Below are positions 23,340 to 33,852 of a DNA stretch of 64,000 bases, one piece after another. The translations under genes and the position numbers were made by a program. The stretch is from contig OZ223481.1 in NCBI GenBank assembly GCA_965140785.1, positions 640,001-704,000 on the forward strand, in the 5' to 3' direction. The stretch comes from an uncultured Ruficoccus sp. (GTDB lineage Bacteria; Verrucomicrobiota; Verrucomicrobiia; Opitutales; Cerasicoccaceae). Position 1 is the first letter of the stretch; every line of letters starts with the position of its first letter. The notes under the pieces are model-generated. The model was given only the letters and a program-made list of their open reading frames with translations, made no database searches and was not told where the DNA came from.

Positions 23340-23546
23340 TTAGTTGGCTTTGTCGGTGGCGTCTTCCACGCTGTCACCGGCGTCTTCAACGGCATCGCCC
23401 ACGGAGTCTGTAGCCTTGTCGGCGGCCTTGGAGATGCTGTCTCCGGCGTCTTCGAGGTGGTCGCCAGCGGACTTTTCACACCCAGCTGCAAAAGCGAGAG
23501 CAGCGGCAGCCATAAGCACAGTTAGAAAGCGGAACAGTGATTTCAT
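23340..23546 (-). CDS. small lipoprotein, paralogue of 22861-23103
   Basis: MKSLFRFLT..AAA...FAAGC signal nearly identical to neighbour; EDAGDS repeats. Confidence 0.8.
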   Translation of the reverse strand: MKSLFRFLTVLMAAAALAFAAGCEKSAGDHLEDAGDSISKAADKATDSVGDAVEDAGDSVEDATDKAN

Positions 23547-23715
23547 GATGAGGTCCTTGTTAATGTTTTATGATTAGCGGATTAGTATTTATTGGATTGT
23601 AACGGTTGCCAGTATAGGCCCATTTCCGGCCGAATGCAAAACTCCGTCGTTTTTTTGCCGCCCGGTAAAACCTGGGGGCAGCCCGTGGGTCTGCTCGATT
23701 ATATGTAAGGCAGTA

Positions 23716-24234
23716 TCAGGCAGCCTCTTGGGAGAGCTCCCAGACCAAGTGGAAACTCGGCGCATGGTCGTCGGGATGGGCCGCCATGTCCGCAGAAAGC
23801 TCCTCAGCCGTGAACCATTTCCCCTCACTGATTTCCTCCGGGTCGAAGACGATCTCGTCGTCCCAAACCAGCTTATACACGGAGATAAACTCGTAGCCGG
23901 TGGCGCGGCAGGGGCTGTGGGAGAAAAGAAAGTCGAGTGTATCCATGCCATCGATACGGATGCCGAGCTCTTCTCCCAGCTCGCGAATGGCGGCAGTGCT
24001 GTAGGTCTCGCCCGCATCGACATGGCCCGAGCAGGAGGTGGTCCAGCGGTTGGGGTAGGTGTCCTTGGTGGGGGAGCGGCGTTGCACGTAGATATCGCCT
24101 TTGCTGTTGAAGACGAGGATGTGCACGGCGCGGTGAAACAGCCGCCGCCGGTGTACCTCGTGCCGCGGCAGTTGTGTGATGACCTCGTCACGCTGGTTGA
24201 CGACGTCGAAGGGTTCGTTGGGATTGGATGGCAT
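23716..24234 (-). CDS. NUDIX hydrolase (IPP-isomerase/YfcD-like)
   Basis: HRAVHILVFN, QRRS..KD.YP.RW..SCSGHVDAGE....AAIRELGEELGI. Confidence 0.88.
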   Translation of the reverse strand: MPSNPNEPFDVVNQRDEVITQLPRHEVHRRRLFHRAVHILVFNSKGDIYVQRRSPTKDTYPNRWTTSCSGHVDAGETYSTAAIRELGEELGIRIDGMDTLDFLFSHSPCRATGYEFISVYKLVWDDEIVFDPEEISEGKWFTAEELSADMAAHPDDHAPSFHLVWELSQEAA

Positions 24235-24314
24235 GGTGGATGGATGGGGAAGGAGAACGAGACTTCGTGTGTAGTTTTTTTTAATACGTTCATGAGCCCG
24301 GGCGGGCTGGCAGT

Positions 24315-25034
24315 TTAAAGGTCGCCGCTGAGCGGTTGCAGCCAGAGTTCATCGACCACGGTTTTGGCCGGGAGTTCCCAGGCATTTACGACGGCGAGGG
24401 CGACATCCTCGGCGGGCATGAGGCGCTCGCGCAGGGTTTCCGCGTCGAGGCCGGACTGGCTCCAGGCATCCGTGAGGGTGGGGCCGGGCAGGATACAGAG
24501 GACGCGCACGTCGTGCGCCATCAACTCCTGCCGCATGACGCGGCTCATGCCGAGCAGCCCGTACTTGGCGGCGCTGTAGGCACCCATCCCGGGGAAAATC
24601 TTCCGCGAGGCCGAGGAGGCGATGTTGACGATGGTGCCGCTTTTGCGCGTGGCCATGGCCGGGGCGAAGGCCTGCGAGACGAGAAACGCGCTGCGCAGGT
24701 TCGCCGCGATCACGGTGTCGAAGTCTTCCGTCGTCAGTTCGAGGAAGGGCTTGCCGAGATAGAAACCGGCGTTGTTGACCACGGTGTCGGGCTCGCCCTG
24801 AGCGCTTCGGATGGCTTCGGCCAGAGCGGTAACGGCTCCGGCGTCAGCCACATCGCAGGGGTAGGGGCGTGCCTCCACGCCGAGCGCTTCGCAGGCGCGG
24901 GCGGTGGCTTCGAGTTGGTCGGCGGAGCGGGCGGTGAGCGCGAGGCGGACCCCGCCCCGTTGCGCAAAAGCCCGGGCGATGGCCGCGCCGATGCCGCGCC
25001 CCCCGCCGGTGATCAAAATCAGAGGTTTATCCAT
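24315..25034 (-). CDS. SDR-family oxidoreductase
   Basis: ITGGGRGIG, VNNAG, YSAAK. Confidence 0.92.
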   Translation of the reverse strand: MDKPLILITGGGRGIGAAIARAFAQRGGVRLALTARSADQLEATARACEALGVEARPYPCDVADAGAVTALAEAIRSAQGEPDTVVNNAGFYLGKPFLELTTEDFDTVIAANLRSAFLVSQAFAPAMATRKSGTIVNIASSASRKIFPGMGAYSAAKYGLLGMSRVMRQELMAHDVRVLCILPGPTLTDAWSQSGLDAETLRERLMPAEDVALAVVNAWELPAKTVVDELWLQPLSGDL

Positions 25035-25217
25035 GCGCCGCAGACTAACTCCCGCCCCCGCCTCCGCCAAGCCACGAAGCGGATTAATTTTCCGGGCCGG
25101 GTCACACCCGGGGGCAATCAGGGGGTAGCCGCCTTGCTGGCGGCGTAGGGGAACTTGTTCCCCTCAATGTCTTGTGCGGCCAGGCACTGCGGGTCCGGGC
25201 TGCATAAGCCCGGAAGG

Positions 25218-26154
25218 TCAGCCTGCCCGCACGCCGCTGGCCAGGAGGGTCTCGAAGTACGGCTCCTGCTCCTCGCGGGCGACGACGGAGACATCGACAT
25301 GGTCGAAGCCCAGCTCCTTGAGCCACTGGTAGAGCGTGTTCTCGGCGAAGCCCAGCCAGGTGTCGGCGTAGAGTTCGCGGGCCTTTTCGAAGGTATGCTC
25401 CTTCAGGTCGAGGATGATCAGGCGTCCGCCGGGCCGGAGGATGCGGTGGGCCTCGCTGAGGGCGCGGAAGGGCTTGCGGGCGTGGTGGAGGGCCTGGCTG
25501 AGATAGGCCAAGTCCACGCTGGCGTCGGCCAGCGGCACCTCCTCGATGTCGCCGAGTTGGTAGTAAAGGTTGTCAATGCCGTGGCGCTGGGCCAGGTCGG
25601 TGCCGACCTCGACCATCTTTTTGGAATTGTCGATGCAGTAAACGGCTTCGGCGCGCTGGGCCAGGAGCTGGGCGAGCACGCCTTCGCCCGCGCCCAGGTC
25701 GGCGATGCGGATACGCGGGGTCAGGTGGAGCAGGAAGTGCCCGATGCCCTCCCACGAACGGCCGGGGCAGTAGTTTTTGCCTAAACGCCCGGCGACCTGA
25801 TTAAAATATTGCTCGGCCTGGCGGCGGCGCTTGTCGAGGATGCGGGCGAGGTTGGCCGCGTCGGTCTCCAGCTCGGGCTGGTGGGCGGTGGCGCGGCAGG
25901 CGGCCTCGATGAGCTGGCGCTCGCCGGCGGGAAGGTTGCGCGCGAGCGAGTAAAAGCTGCGCTTGCCGTCGCGCCGGTCGCTGGTCAGCCCGCCCTTGCG
26001 CAGGAGCGAGAGGTGCGAGGAGATGCGCGACTGGCCCATGCCGAGGATCTCCTGAAGCTCCGCCACCGACAACTCCTCCTGCGCCAGCAGGGCGACCACG
26101 CGTAGGCGTGTCGGGTCGGCCAGGAGTTTCAGGGTTTCGAGCGGGGTCGGACAT
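25218..26154 (-). CDS. ArsR-HTH + SAM-binding domain regulator (SahR-like); +1 frameshift in codon 4
   Basis: Removing one base from GGGG (26143-26146) gives MSDPLETLKLLADPTRLRVVALL..ELSVAELQEILGMGQSRISSHL; C-terminal ADLGAGEG, SQALHHA, LRPGGRL. Confidence 0.85.
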
Positions 26155-26375
26155 CGCGGGCCATGTGTCGCGGGTCGTCAGGCCGGGGTCAATGCGAATG
26201 GTGGGTTGGGGAAAATGACGGCGAACTTACTTTTGTGAGGGGAAGGGTAACGCAGCAAGCGTAGCATTTGCGCTCTGAAATACGGTTAGCGTTATCGGTC
26301 AGGTTGAACCGGGAGTTCCTTCGCCTCGCTCCGCTTGCTCAGGATGATAACGGAGAGATGGGTTTAGTACTGTAC

Positions 26376-26405
26376 AAAAAAAGCGGGGCCGTTTCGGGCC
26401 CCGCG
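26376..26405 (-). terminator. intrinsic terminator of greA
   Basis: A-run + GCGGGGCC-GTTTCG-GGCCCCGC. Confidence 0.7.
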
Positions 26406-26435
26406 TGGGTAAAGAAAACAAATGGCGGCTGTATC

Positions 26436-28295
26436 CTAGAGCTTCCGTCCCGAGTCGAGCCAGCGGGAGATGCTCTTGAGCTTCCAGTTGTGGACGGCGC
26501 CGTCGATTTCGGTCTGGACGGTGTCGCCGACGTGCTTGTTCATGAGGGCCTGGCCGAGCGGGGTCTTGTAGGAGAGGACATTATGCTCGGGGGCGGAGTC
26601 CCAGGCGCCCAGCAGGGCGTAGTTCTGTACCTCGCCGGAGCCGGTGTCCTCGACCTCGACGATGGAGCCGATGCCGACGGTGTCGTTGGTCACATCGGTG
26701 AAGTCGGTCACGCGGGCGCGGTTGAAGTCTTTTTCGAGCAGGGCCTTGCGGGCCATGAGGGTTTCCTGGTCCTGGCGGGCCATCTTGTACTCGGCGTTTT
26801 CGCGCAAGTCCCCGTGTTCGCGGGCGGTCTCAATGGCCTCCTTGTTCTCGGGGATTTTGACATTGATGAGCTCGTCGTACTCGGCCTTGCGGTCGTCGAG
26901 GCTCTTCTGGGAGACGATGAGCTCGTCCACCTTCTGCTCGGCCTCGCCGGAGACGAGGTTCTGGATGCTCGGGAAACGCTTGATGAAGCGGGCCAGGAGG
27001 GACTTCTTGGTCAGGTCCTCGAAGCCCTGGTTGAGGATGAGGCCCTGGGCGAGGTCGCGGGCGACTTCGTCGTTGGCGTCGGCGAGCATGTCCGGGATGA
27101 GCTCCTGGTCGTCGCTGAGGACGTCGGCGAGCTGGATGCGGCGGTTGCCGGTGCTTTGGAGGGCCTCGTAGTCGATGGCGTAAAGAATGGCGTTGAGCAT
27201 GCGCGGGCTGACCATGCCGTCCACCAGTTTGGCGAACTTGCGCGAGTTGCGGTTTTTGACGATCCAGTAGAGGACCGGGCCCTTGAGGTTCTGCTCGTTG
27301 AGCCAGCGCTTGAAGTGCTCGTGGACCATGTCCCCGCAGTCGCGATCGACCAGGAAGCTGATCGACTCGCTGGTCATCTTGCCCTCGGAGTTTTTCAGAA
27401 TGTCAATGAGGACGCTCTTCCAGTCCTCGGGGTAGACGCGTGTGAGCAGATCGAGGAAACGCTTGTGGTAGCCGTTGGGGATCTGGGAGGCCAGCTCGTT
27501 GAGGTCGTTGGCCCCGAGGATGAGGGACTTGGAGGTCGGCTCGATGGTTTCGGGGTCTTCGTCGAGGTGACGGGCGAGGTCGTTGCGGACCCAGACCCCG
27601 TGCAGGCGCTCGGCGTGGTTGAGGCCCATGGCGTCCTTGACCGCCTCGGTCAGGTGCTCGAAGATGTTGGGCAGGTCGCTGGCGATCTCTTCGACGTTTT
27701 CGGAGATCTGGTAAAGTTTCTCGGCCAGAGCGATCTTCTTCTTGGGCTGCTTGACCATGTAGAAATCCTCGAGGATTTCCTGTTCGGGCTTGAGCGGCTC
27801 GTCGCGCAGGGAGTAGGGATCGGTCTTGCGGCTGGGGGTGGCGATGCGCGGATCCTTGACCAGGACTTTCTTGGTGGCGGTCCACCACTTCTTGAATTTG
27901 ACGGGTCCGAGCAGGCGGGTGAGGAGGTTTTCCAGTTCGGTCGGACTGGCGGATTGGTCGTCGCAGTGGGAAAGGATCTCGGCCACGAGGTCACCCGGGC
28001 GCTTTTTGATCATGTCGGCGATGACTTCGGGCTCCGTGCGTTGGCGCACGAGGATGCTGCTGGCGTCGAGCAGGTCGAGCTTGTCGGCGCAGAAGGCCGG
28101 GTCCATGGCGTGGCCGGGCTTTTCGTCGAAATCGATGATAAGCTTGTCCTGGGCCTCGTCATAGGCGGTAATTTGGCCGAAGCCCCAACTGCGGTGCATG
28201 CAATATGTGCCCGGTTGCATGGCTTCCAATTTGGAGCGCAAGCGTTTCATGTCGGGCTTTTTTGCGATGATCGTATCGATCACATCTTTGTCCAT
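26436..28295 (-). CDS. greA: transcription elongation factor GreA with long N-terminal extension
   Basis: C-terminal AREHGDLRENAEYKMA, VGIGSIV, LSYKTPLGQALM; about 460 extra N-terminal residues. Confidence 0.88.
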   Translation of the reverse strand: MDKDVIDTIIAKKPDMKRLRSKLEAMQPGTYCMHRSWGFGQITAYDEAQDKLIIDFDEKPGHAMDPAFCADKLDLLDASSILVRQRTEPEVIADMIKKRPGDLVAEILSHCDDQSASPTELENLLTRLLGPVKFKKWWTATKKVLVKDPRIATPSRKTDPYSLRDEPLKPEQEILEDFYMVKQPKKKIALAEKLYQISENVEEIASDLPNIFEHLTEAVKDAMGLNHAERLHGVWVRNDLARHLDEDPETIEPTSKSLILGANDLNELASQIPNGYHKRFLDLLTRVYPEDWKSVLIDILKNSEGKMTSESISFLVDRDCGDMVHEHFKRWLNEQNLKGPVLYWIVKNRNSRKFAKLVDGMVSPRMLNAILYAIDYEALQSTGNRRIQLADVLSDDQELIPDMLADANDEVARDLAQGLILNQGFEDLTKKSLLARFIKRFPSIQNLVSGEAEQKVDELIVSQKSLDDRKAEYDELINVKIPENKEAIETAREHGDLRENAEYKMARQDQETLMARKALLEKDFNRARVTDFTDVTNDTVGIGSIVEVEDTGSGEVQNYALLGAWDSAPEHNVLSYKTPLGQALMNKHVGDTVQTEIDGAVHNWKLKSISRWLDSGRKL

Positions 28296-28358
28296 GAGCG
28301 GAATTTCTTGTCTTTATAATAGAAAATCAAGCCGATAACCTTTTGGCTATAAAAGGTC

Positions 28359-29643
28359 ATGACTCAATTTAAACCAACGGAATCGCCGTGGCAGACTGCC
28401 GCTGGTCTATGTGAAGTTTATCAAGCGCAGCCCGCCAAGGCGGAAACGCTAATAATGGATATCACCTTCCAATGCAGCGCGGATCGGCGCCGTTGTCAAT
28501 TCCTGTTCTACGGGGTTCTTCGGCACCGCCGACGGATCGAGGAACTGCTCGGGCGGCTGATTTCGCGTCGGCCCAAGCCCCGGCTGGCGGCCATGCTGCA
28601 GGTGGCGGTCTTTGAGCTGATGAGCGCCGGACCCGAGCGCCAACCGAAAGTGGTGGACTACGCTGTGGGGCAGATCCGTCGGCGCATGAGCCGTTCCGAG
28701 GCCGGACTGGCCAACGCCGTTTTGAGAAAAATACCCGCCGAGGCGGCGAAACTCGACCGCGAGGCCCCGGCGGCGGTTCGCCTCAGCCATCCCGACTGGC
28801 TGGCGGCGCGCTGGAGGCAGAACTTCGGCCCCGAGGCGGCGGAAAAACTCATGGCCTGGAACCTGGAGCCGCCGCCGGTGACCTTCCGGGTGCGGGGGGA
28901 TTTACCCCAAACGGAGGCGCTCGCGGCCACGGACTGGGCGGGGTTCGTGCAGCTCTCGGGCGCGTGGGCGGCGGTGGAGCCGCTGCTCAAATCCGGCAAA
29001 CTCTACGCCCAGGACCCCTCCACGCGCCTGGCTCCGGCGGCGCTGGCCGTGCGGCCCGGCGAATCCGTGCTCGACCTGTGCGCCGCTCCCGGCGGCAAGA
29101 CCCTCATGCTGGCCGACGCCCTCGGGTGCGACCCGAAGGGCCTGCTGGTTGCGGTGGATCTGCCCGGAGCCCGGCTGGTCCCGCTGGACGAAAACCTCCG
29201 CAAGCTCGACGACGGCGACGGCCCGCGGGTCAGCCTGCTGGGGCTGGACGTGCGCCGGCTGACGCCGGAGGTTTTGGAGAAAGAGGGTTTTTGCGACAGC
29301 CTTCGACGCCGTCCTCCTCGACGCTCCCTGCTCGAATACCGGGGTCCTGCGCCGCCGCCCCGATGCCAAGTGGCGGCTCCAGCCGGAGGACGTGCCTGCC
29401 AGCGTGGCGCTTCAGGGTGAACTGCTTGCCCATGCCGCTTCGCTGGTCAAGCCTGGCGGACGACTGGTTTACTCCACCTGCTCGCTCGAGCCGGAGGAAA
29501 ACGCCGGGGTCGTAAAAACCTTTCTCCAGCGCCCCATCGGGCAGGACTTCACCTGCCGCTCGCAGACTCTTTCGCTCCCCTGGGAAAGCGGTCACGACGG
29601 CGCCGGGGTGGCGGTGCTGCAATTGGCGGGACCGGCAGACTGA
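28359..29643 (+). CDS. rsmB: RsmB/NOP2-family rRNA m5C methyltransferase; one frameshift near 29290-29300
   Basis: NusB-like N-terminus, YAQDPS, VLDLCAAPGGKT; after the shift FDAVLLDAPCSNTGVLRRRPD, LVYSTCSLEPEEN. Confidence 0.85.
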
Positions 29644-29650
29644 CTCCGGG

Positions 29651-30529
29651 TTATTGGTGCGGGCTGGTGCCCGTTCCCGGGGCTGCGGCTGGATTGATCA
29701 GGCCCTGCTCCTGGAGAAATTGCTGGATGCGGGCCATGGTCTGATCCCGGATGGGTTGTTTCATATAAAAACCGTGGTCGCCCCCCTCGTTCGTGATGAG
29801 GACACAGACATCGCTGTTGGCCTGGGCTTTTTCGGTGAAAGCGACAGGGCCGGCGTAGGGGACGGTCCGATCGCCCGTGCCGTGGAAGATAATCGTTGGC
29901 GGCAGGCCCGGACGCAGACGGTGCAGGGGGGAGTAGGTCTCCCAGTTTTCCTTCAGCTTGCCGTAGCCGTAGCCCTGGCGGGAGGTGTCGATGACGGGGT
30001 TGAACAGCACGAGCGCAGCCGGGCGATAGGCCCCTGGGTCATCGGCTTTGCTCTGGTCGTCGAAGAGCGCCAACCCGGCGGCCAGATGTGCCCCCGCCGA
30101 GCCGCCACAGGCGATGATGCGATCCGGGTCGATGTTGAGTTCCTCCGCATGGGCGTAAAGGTAGCGCATGCCGTCCTGCGCGTCTGCCACCGCGTCGATA
30201 ACGCTGACCGGCGGGGTGGCGTCCTTGTCGTAAAGTCGGTACTCCAGGCAGGCCACAACCAGCCCCATATCTCGCAGGGGCCGGGCGAGGAAGTAGTAAG
30301 CTTGGGGGCTGCCCTTGACCCAGCCGCCGCCGTGGATGAGCAGCAGGCAGGGTCGGGGGGACTTGAGTTGATCGCCGGTGGTTTCGGGGTCGAAAATGTG
30401 AAGGGTCAGCTCCCGCCCGTCCACTTCCTTGTAGGGGATGATGGCCGTTGGAGGGTCGGCCCCAAAGACCGGGGAGGCCAGCAGGCCGAGCGTTAACAGG
30501 GTGACGGACAGGGTGCGGAAGCGGGGCAT
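29651..30529 (-). CDS. secreted alpha/beta hydrolase (HSL-type esterase)
   Basis: signal peptide, IHGGGW, GGSAGAHL, FHGTGD.TVP, GGDHGF. Confidence 0.9.
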   Translation of the reverse strand: MPRFRTLSVTLLTLGLLASPVFGADPPTAIIPYKEVDGRELTLHIFDPETTGDQLKSPRPCLLLIHGGGWVKGSPQAYYFLARPLRDMGLVVACLEYRLYDKDATPPVSVIDAVADAQDGMRYLYAHAEELNIDPDRIIACGGSAGAHLAAGLALFDDQSKADDPGAYRPAALVLFNPVIDTSRQGYGYGKLKENWETYSPLHRLRPGLPPTIIFHGTGDRTVPYAGPVAFTEKAQANSDVCVLITNEGGDHGFYMKQPIRDQTMARIQQFLQEQGLINPAAAPGTGTSPHQ

Positions 30530-30769
30530 GATGGGCAGTGAAGGGATGGATGTTGTTGTTGGGCGTGGCAGACCGATCGGGGCAAAGTCCGCCTGGCGGA
30601 CGTGCCAGGAAACGATCCGTTAAAGCCACCGGATGAAGCTTCCTCTATATTAGAGACTGGGGCCTGCTCTGTCTATAGACCGCGTTGATAATCCTTTCAC
30701 TATCCTGACGGCGGGCGGCCGACGGCTCGCTAGCGGAGGCAGCCCTTCCCCCTGGAGCCCCTTGCGTGT

Positions 30770-32065
30770 CTATTCCCGCGCCGGCTGCCTTACCTTCGCC
30801 AGCAGCATGAGGGGCAGAATGAGGACGGCAGCCCCGACGGCGTAGGTCACGCTGGAGCCCAGGCAATAATAGAGCAGGGCGGCCAGGATCGGGCCGATGG
30901 CGCGGGCGAGGGCTCCGGCGCTGCGGAACAGCCCCAGGTAGCGGCCTTGTTCGGCGCTGCCGGCATGGAGGGAGACCAGCGCGACCAGGCAGGGGAAGAC
31001 CAGCCCGGAACCGATCGACATGAAGCCCAGCGCGACGAAAAACGAGCTTTGCCGGATAATGGCCGCGATCAGCAGGAAGGACAGCGCCATGAACACGATG
31101 CCCGCCAGGGTGAGGCGTTTCTCGCCCAGCCGCGGAGCCATCCGGCGGACGAATCCGCCCTGCACGAGGATCAGGATGAAGCCGATGAAGAGAAACATCA
31201 TCCCGATGTCCTTCGTCGAGTAGGCGAAGTGCTCGACCACGTAAAAGGTCAGCATGAACTCCATCCCGCTAAAGGAGAGGGTGTAGAAGAAGTTCGTGTT
31301 GCAGATCCGGCGGATGTCCGGCAGGGGGATGCGGAAGAGCGCCAGCAGGCTGCGGTCGGTCTTGGAGGAGCTGGCGCGGGCGGCTTCGCGGTCAGCGTCG
31401 CTGAGGGTTTCCCGAAAACCCCACTGGATGAAAATGAGGTTGATCACAGACAGGCCGCAGGCGATGGCGGCGGGCACGGAAAAGGGATTGATGCCCCAGG
31501 CTTCCCAGGAGGGGTTAGCGGCGAGCCAGTTCCACTGGGCGCTGATGCCGCCGATGGCCGGTCCGAGCAGGAACCCCAGCGCGAAGGCGACCCCGACGAG
31601 GGCCATGCCACGCGAGCGGGCTTCGCGGCCCGTCACATCGGAGACAGCGGCAGTGGCCACGGCGATGTTGCCGCTCATGACCCCGGCCAGCACGCGGGTG
31701 GCCAGCAGAATCCAGAGCTGGCCGGAGAAAATCCAGCCCAGGTAGCTCAGGGCGGTGGCGCTCATGGTCAGCAGCAGGACCGGGCGGCGGCCAATGCGGT
31801 CTGAGAGCCGCCCCCAGATGGGGGAGAAGACGAACTGAAGCAGCGAAAAAAGCGAGCCGAAGATGCCGCCGAAGATGACCGTGACCAGGAAGCGCGAGTG
31901 CTCATTGGCGAAGGTTTCCCCCAGCCAGCCGCCGCCGTCGGGCCCGAGGTAGTAGTCCAGCATCGCCGGATAGAGCGGGAAAATGATGGAAAAGCCCATC
32001 AGGTCGATGAACAGAACCAGGAAGACCACGCCCAGGGCGCGCCGATTGTGGGGAGCTTGCGGCAT
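30770..32065 (-). CDS. MFS transporter (TetA/DHA1-like)
   Basis: polytopic; WGRLSDRIGRRPVL motif A. Confidence 0.9.
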   Translation of the reverse strand: MPQAPHNRRALGVVFLVLFIDLMGFSIIFPLYPAMLDYYLGPDGGGWLGETFANEHSRFLVTVIFGGIFGSLFSLLQFVFSPIWGRLSDRIGRRPVLLLTMSATALSYLGWIFSGQLWILLATRVLAGVMSGNIAVATAAVSDVTGREARSRGMALVGVAFALGFLLGPAIGGISAQWNWLAANPSWEAWGINPFSVPAAIACGLSVINLIFIQWGFRETLSDADREAARASSSKTDRSLLALFRIPLPDIRRICNTNFFYTLSFSGMEFMLTFYVVEHFAYSTKDIGMMFLFIGFILILVQGGFVRRMAPRLGEKRLTLAGIVFMALSFLLIAAIIRQSSFFVALGFMSIGSGLVFPCLVALVSLHAGSAEQGRYLGLFRSAGALARAIGPILAALLYYCLGSSVTYAVGAAVLILPLMLLAKVRQPARE

Positions 32066-32075
32066 GTCGCTAGTG

Positions 32076-32558
32076 TTAAGCGCCGAGCGCTTCTTGCAAG
32101 GCCGAGAGCGTATTTGCGGGGACAAATTTTTTCGTCCGGCCCGGATCGTACTGGGCAATGGCCTTGACCAGGCTGGAGGAGGTGTAGAAGTGCTCCTGCT
32201 TGGGCATGAGAAAGATGGTCTCGATCTCGGGGGCCAGGTCGCGGTTCATCTGAGCGAGCTGGAACTCGAACTCGAAGTCCGAGATGGCGCGCAGCCCGCG
32301 CACAATGGTGCGGGCGCCCATCTGGCGGGCGAAGTCCACCGTCAGCCCGCTGAGGGTGGCGGCCCGGGCGTTGGGGATGTCCTCCAGGTTCTCCTCAATC
32401 AGCTTCATGCGCTGTTCGATCGAGAGCAGGGGGTTCTTTTCCCGGTTGGGGGCCGCCGCCATGATGACCTCGTCGAACAGATCGCATGCGCGCCGAAGCA
32501 CGTCGAGGTGGCCGTTGGTGACCGGATCGAAAGTTCCTGCGTAAAGTGCGCGTCGCAT
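32076..32558 (-). CDS. coaD: phosphopantetheine adenylyltransferase
   Basis: [35 protein letters not shown]. Confidence 0.97.
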   Translation of the reverse strand: MRRALYAGTFDPVTNGHLDVLRRACDLFDEVIMAAAPNREKNPLLSIEQRMKLIEENLEDIPNARAATLSGLTVDFARQMGARTIVRGLRAISDFEFEFQLAQMNRDLAPEIETIFLMPKQEHFYTSSSLVKAIAQYDPGRTKKFVPANTLSALQEALGA

Positions 32559-32680
32559 GGGCCTATGCGGTAACCCCGCCGGGCGCGCCTTGGCAAGCTT
32601 TCTCGGGAAAACAAGGGACTCGGCAGGGCCGAAAAGTTCTCGCCAAGCGCGGGGCAAGCCGGAAAAATGTCCCTCCTTTC

Positions 32681-33280
32681 ATGAATCTGCCGAACTTGCT
32701 TACCCTGTCGCGGATTGCGTTTTTATTCGTAATCGTGGCCCTGCTTTACGCGCCGTTCCGGGGGGCGGGCGCGCTGGCCTTTCTCCTGTTTATCGTGGCC
32801 GCACTGACGGACTGGGCGGACGGCTACATGGCCCGTAAGACCGGGCAGATCTCGAACTTTGGCAAGCTGATGGACGCCTTGGCGGACAAGGTGCTGATGG
32901 TGGGTATTTTCGTCACGCTGCTGGCTCTGCCGAGTTTTTTGCCCTGGTGGTGCATCTTTCTGGTCCTGCTGATCATCATGCGCGAGTTTCTCATCACCGG
33001 GCTGCGGCTGGTGGCGGCTTCGCAGGGTAAGGTCCTGGCGGCGGAAAAAGGCGGCAAGGTCAAGACCGTGGTCCAGATCGTGGCCGCGGCGGTGCTGCTG
33101 GCGGCTCGCTCGCTGGCGTTGGACTTTCACGCGGGGACCGCGGTGTACGATTTCTTTTTCTGGGTCGGGATGATCGCCTTTGTGCTGGCGGCGATCCTGA
33201 CCGTGCAGTCCGGCAGCGTGTACATGATTAAATACTGGTCGCTCTTTCAGGGGGACAGTGGCACGGGGAAGCGCGGATGA
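32681..33280 (+). CDS. pgsA: CDP-diacylglycerol--glycerol-3-phosphate 3-phosphatidyltransferase
   Basis: [21 protein letters not shown]....[18 protein letters not shown]. Confidence 0.95.
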   Translation: MNLPNLLTLSRIAFLFVIVALLYAPFRGAGALAFLLFIVAALTDWADGYMARKTGQISNFGKLMDALADKVLMVGIFVTLLALPSFLPWWCIFLVLLIIMREFLITGLRLVAASQGKVLAAEKGGKVKTVVQIVAAAVLLAARSLALDFHAGTAVYDFFFWVGMIAFVLAAILTVQSGSVYMIKYWSLFQGDSGTGKRG

Positions 33281-33816
33281 GTCAGACGGGCTGGAAGGAC
33301 TATTTTCCCTGGACCAAGCTGCTGCCCACGCCCGTGGTGGTGCATGTCGCCACGCTGGGGCCGCTCGGGACACGCTTCAAGGCGCCGGGGACGATCGGCT
33401 CGGTCGCGGGCATCATCTGGTACACGCTCGTGTTCCATTATGCGTCGCCCTTCGCCTACCTGATCCTGCTGCTGCTCACGCTCTACGTCGGCACCGGGAT
33501 CTGCGGCGAGGCTGAGCAGCGCCTGCGCAAGCGCGATCCCGGCGAGGTCATCCTGGACGAATTTGTAGTCATACCGGTGTGCTTCCTCGGTCTGCAAGGA
33601 GTGATAGCTGGCCTCGGTGGCTGGGCCTGGGTGCTCATGCTGGCCGGGTTCGGGCTCTTCCGGCTCTTCGATATCCTCAAGCCTTTTGGAATCTCCAAAC
33701 TCCAGGACCTGCCGGGCGGCTACGGGGTCATGGCCGACGATCTGGCCGCCGCGGTGGTTACGTGCATCCTGCTGCACGTGGGGGTGATTTTTCTGCTGCC
33801 GCTGCTTCCGGCCTGA
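33277..33816 (+). CDS. pgpA: phosphatidylglycerophosphatase A
   Basis: [35 protein letters not shown]. Confidence 0.95.
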   Translation: MSQTGWKDYFPWTKLLPTPVVVHVATLGPLGTRFKAPGTIGSVAGIIWYTLVFHYASPFAYLILLLLTLYVGTGICGEAEQRLRKRDPGEVILDEFVVIPVCFLGLQGVIAGLGGWAWVLMLAGFGLFRLFDILKPFGISKLQDLPGGYGVMADDLAAAVVTCILLHVGVIFLLPLLPA

Positions 33817-33852
33817 GACTGTGAGAGTCGCTTTGGGAGAAAGCTGCCGGGG

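Noticed and set aside
26315..26350. CTTCGCCTCGCTCCGCTTGCTCAGGATGA, resembling half of another REP-like repeat
   Set aside because: Single partial copy with no matching arm in the window.
28312..28338. GCCGATAA upstream of rsmB as a sigma-28 promoter
   Set aside because: No TAAA -35 element at 15-nt spacing.
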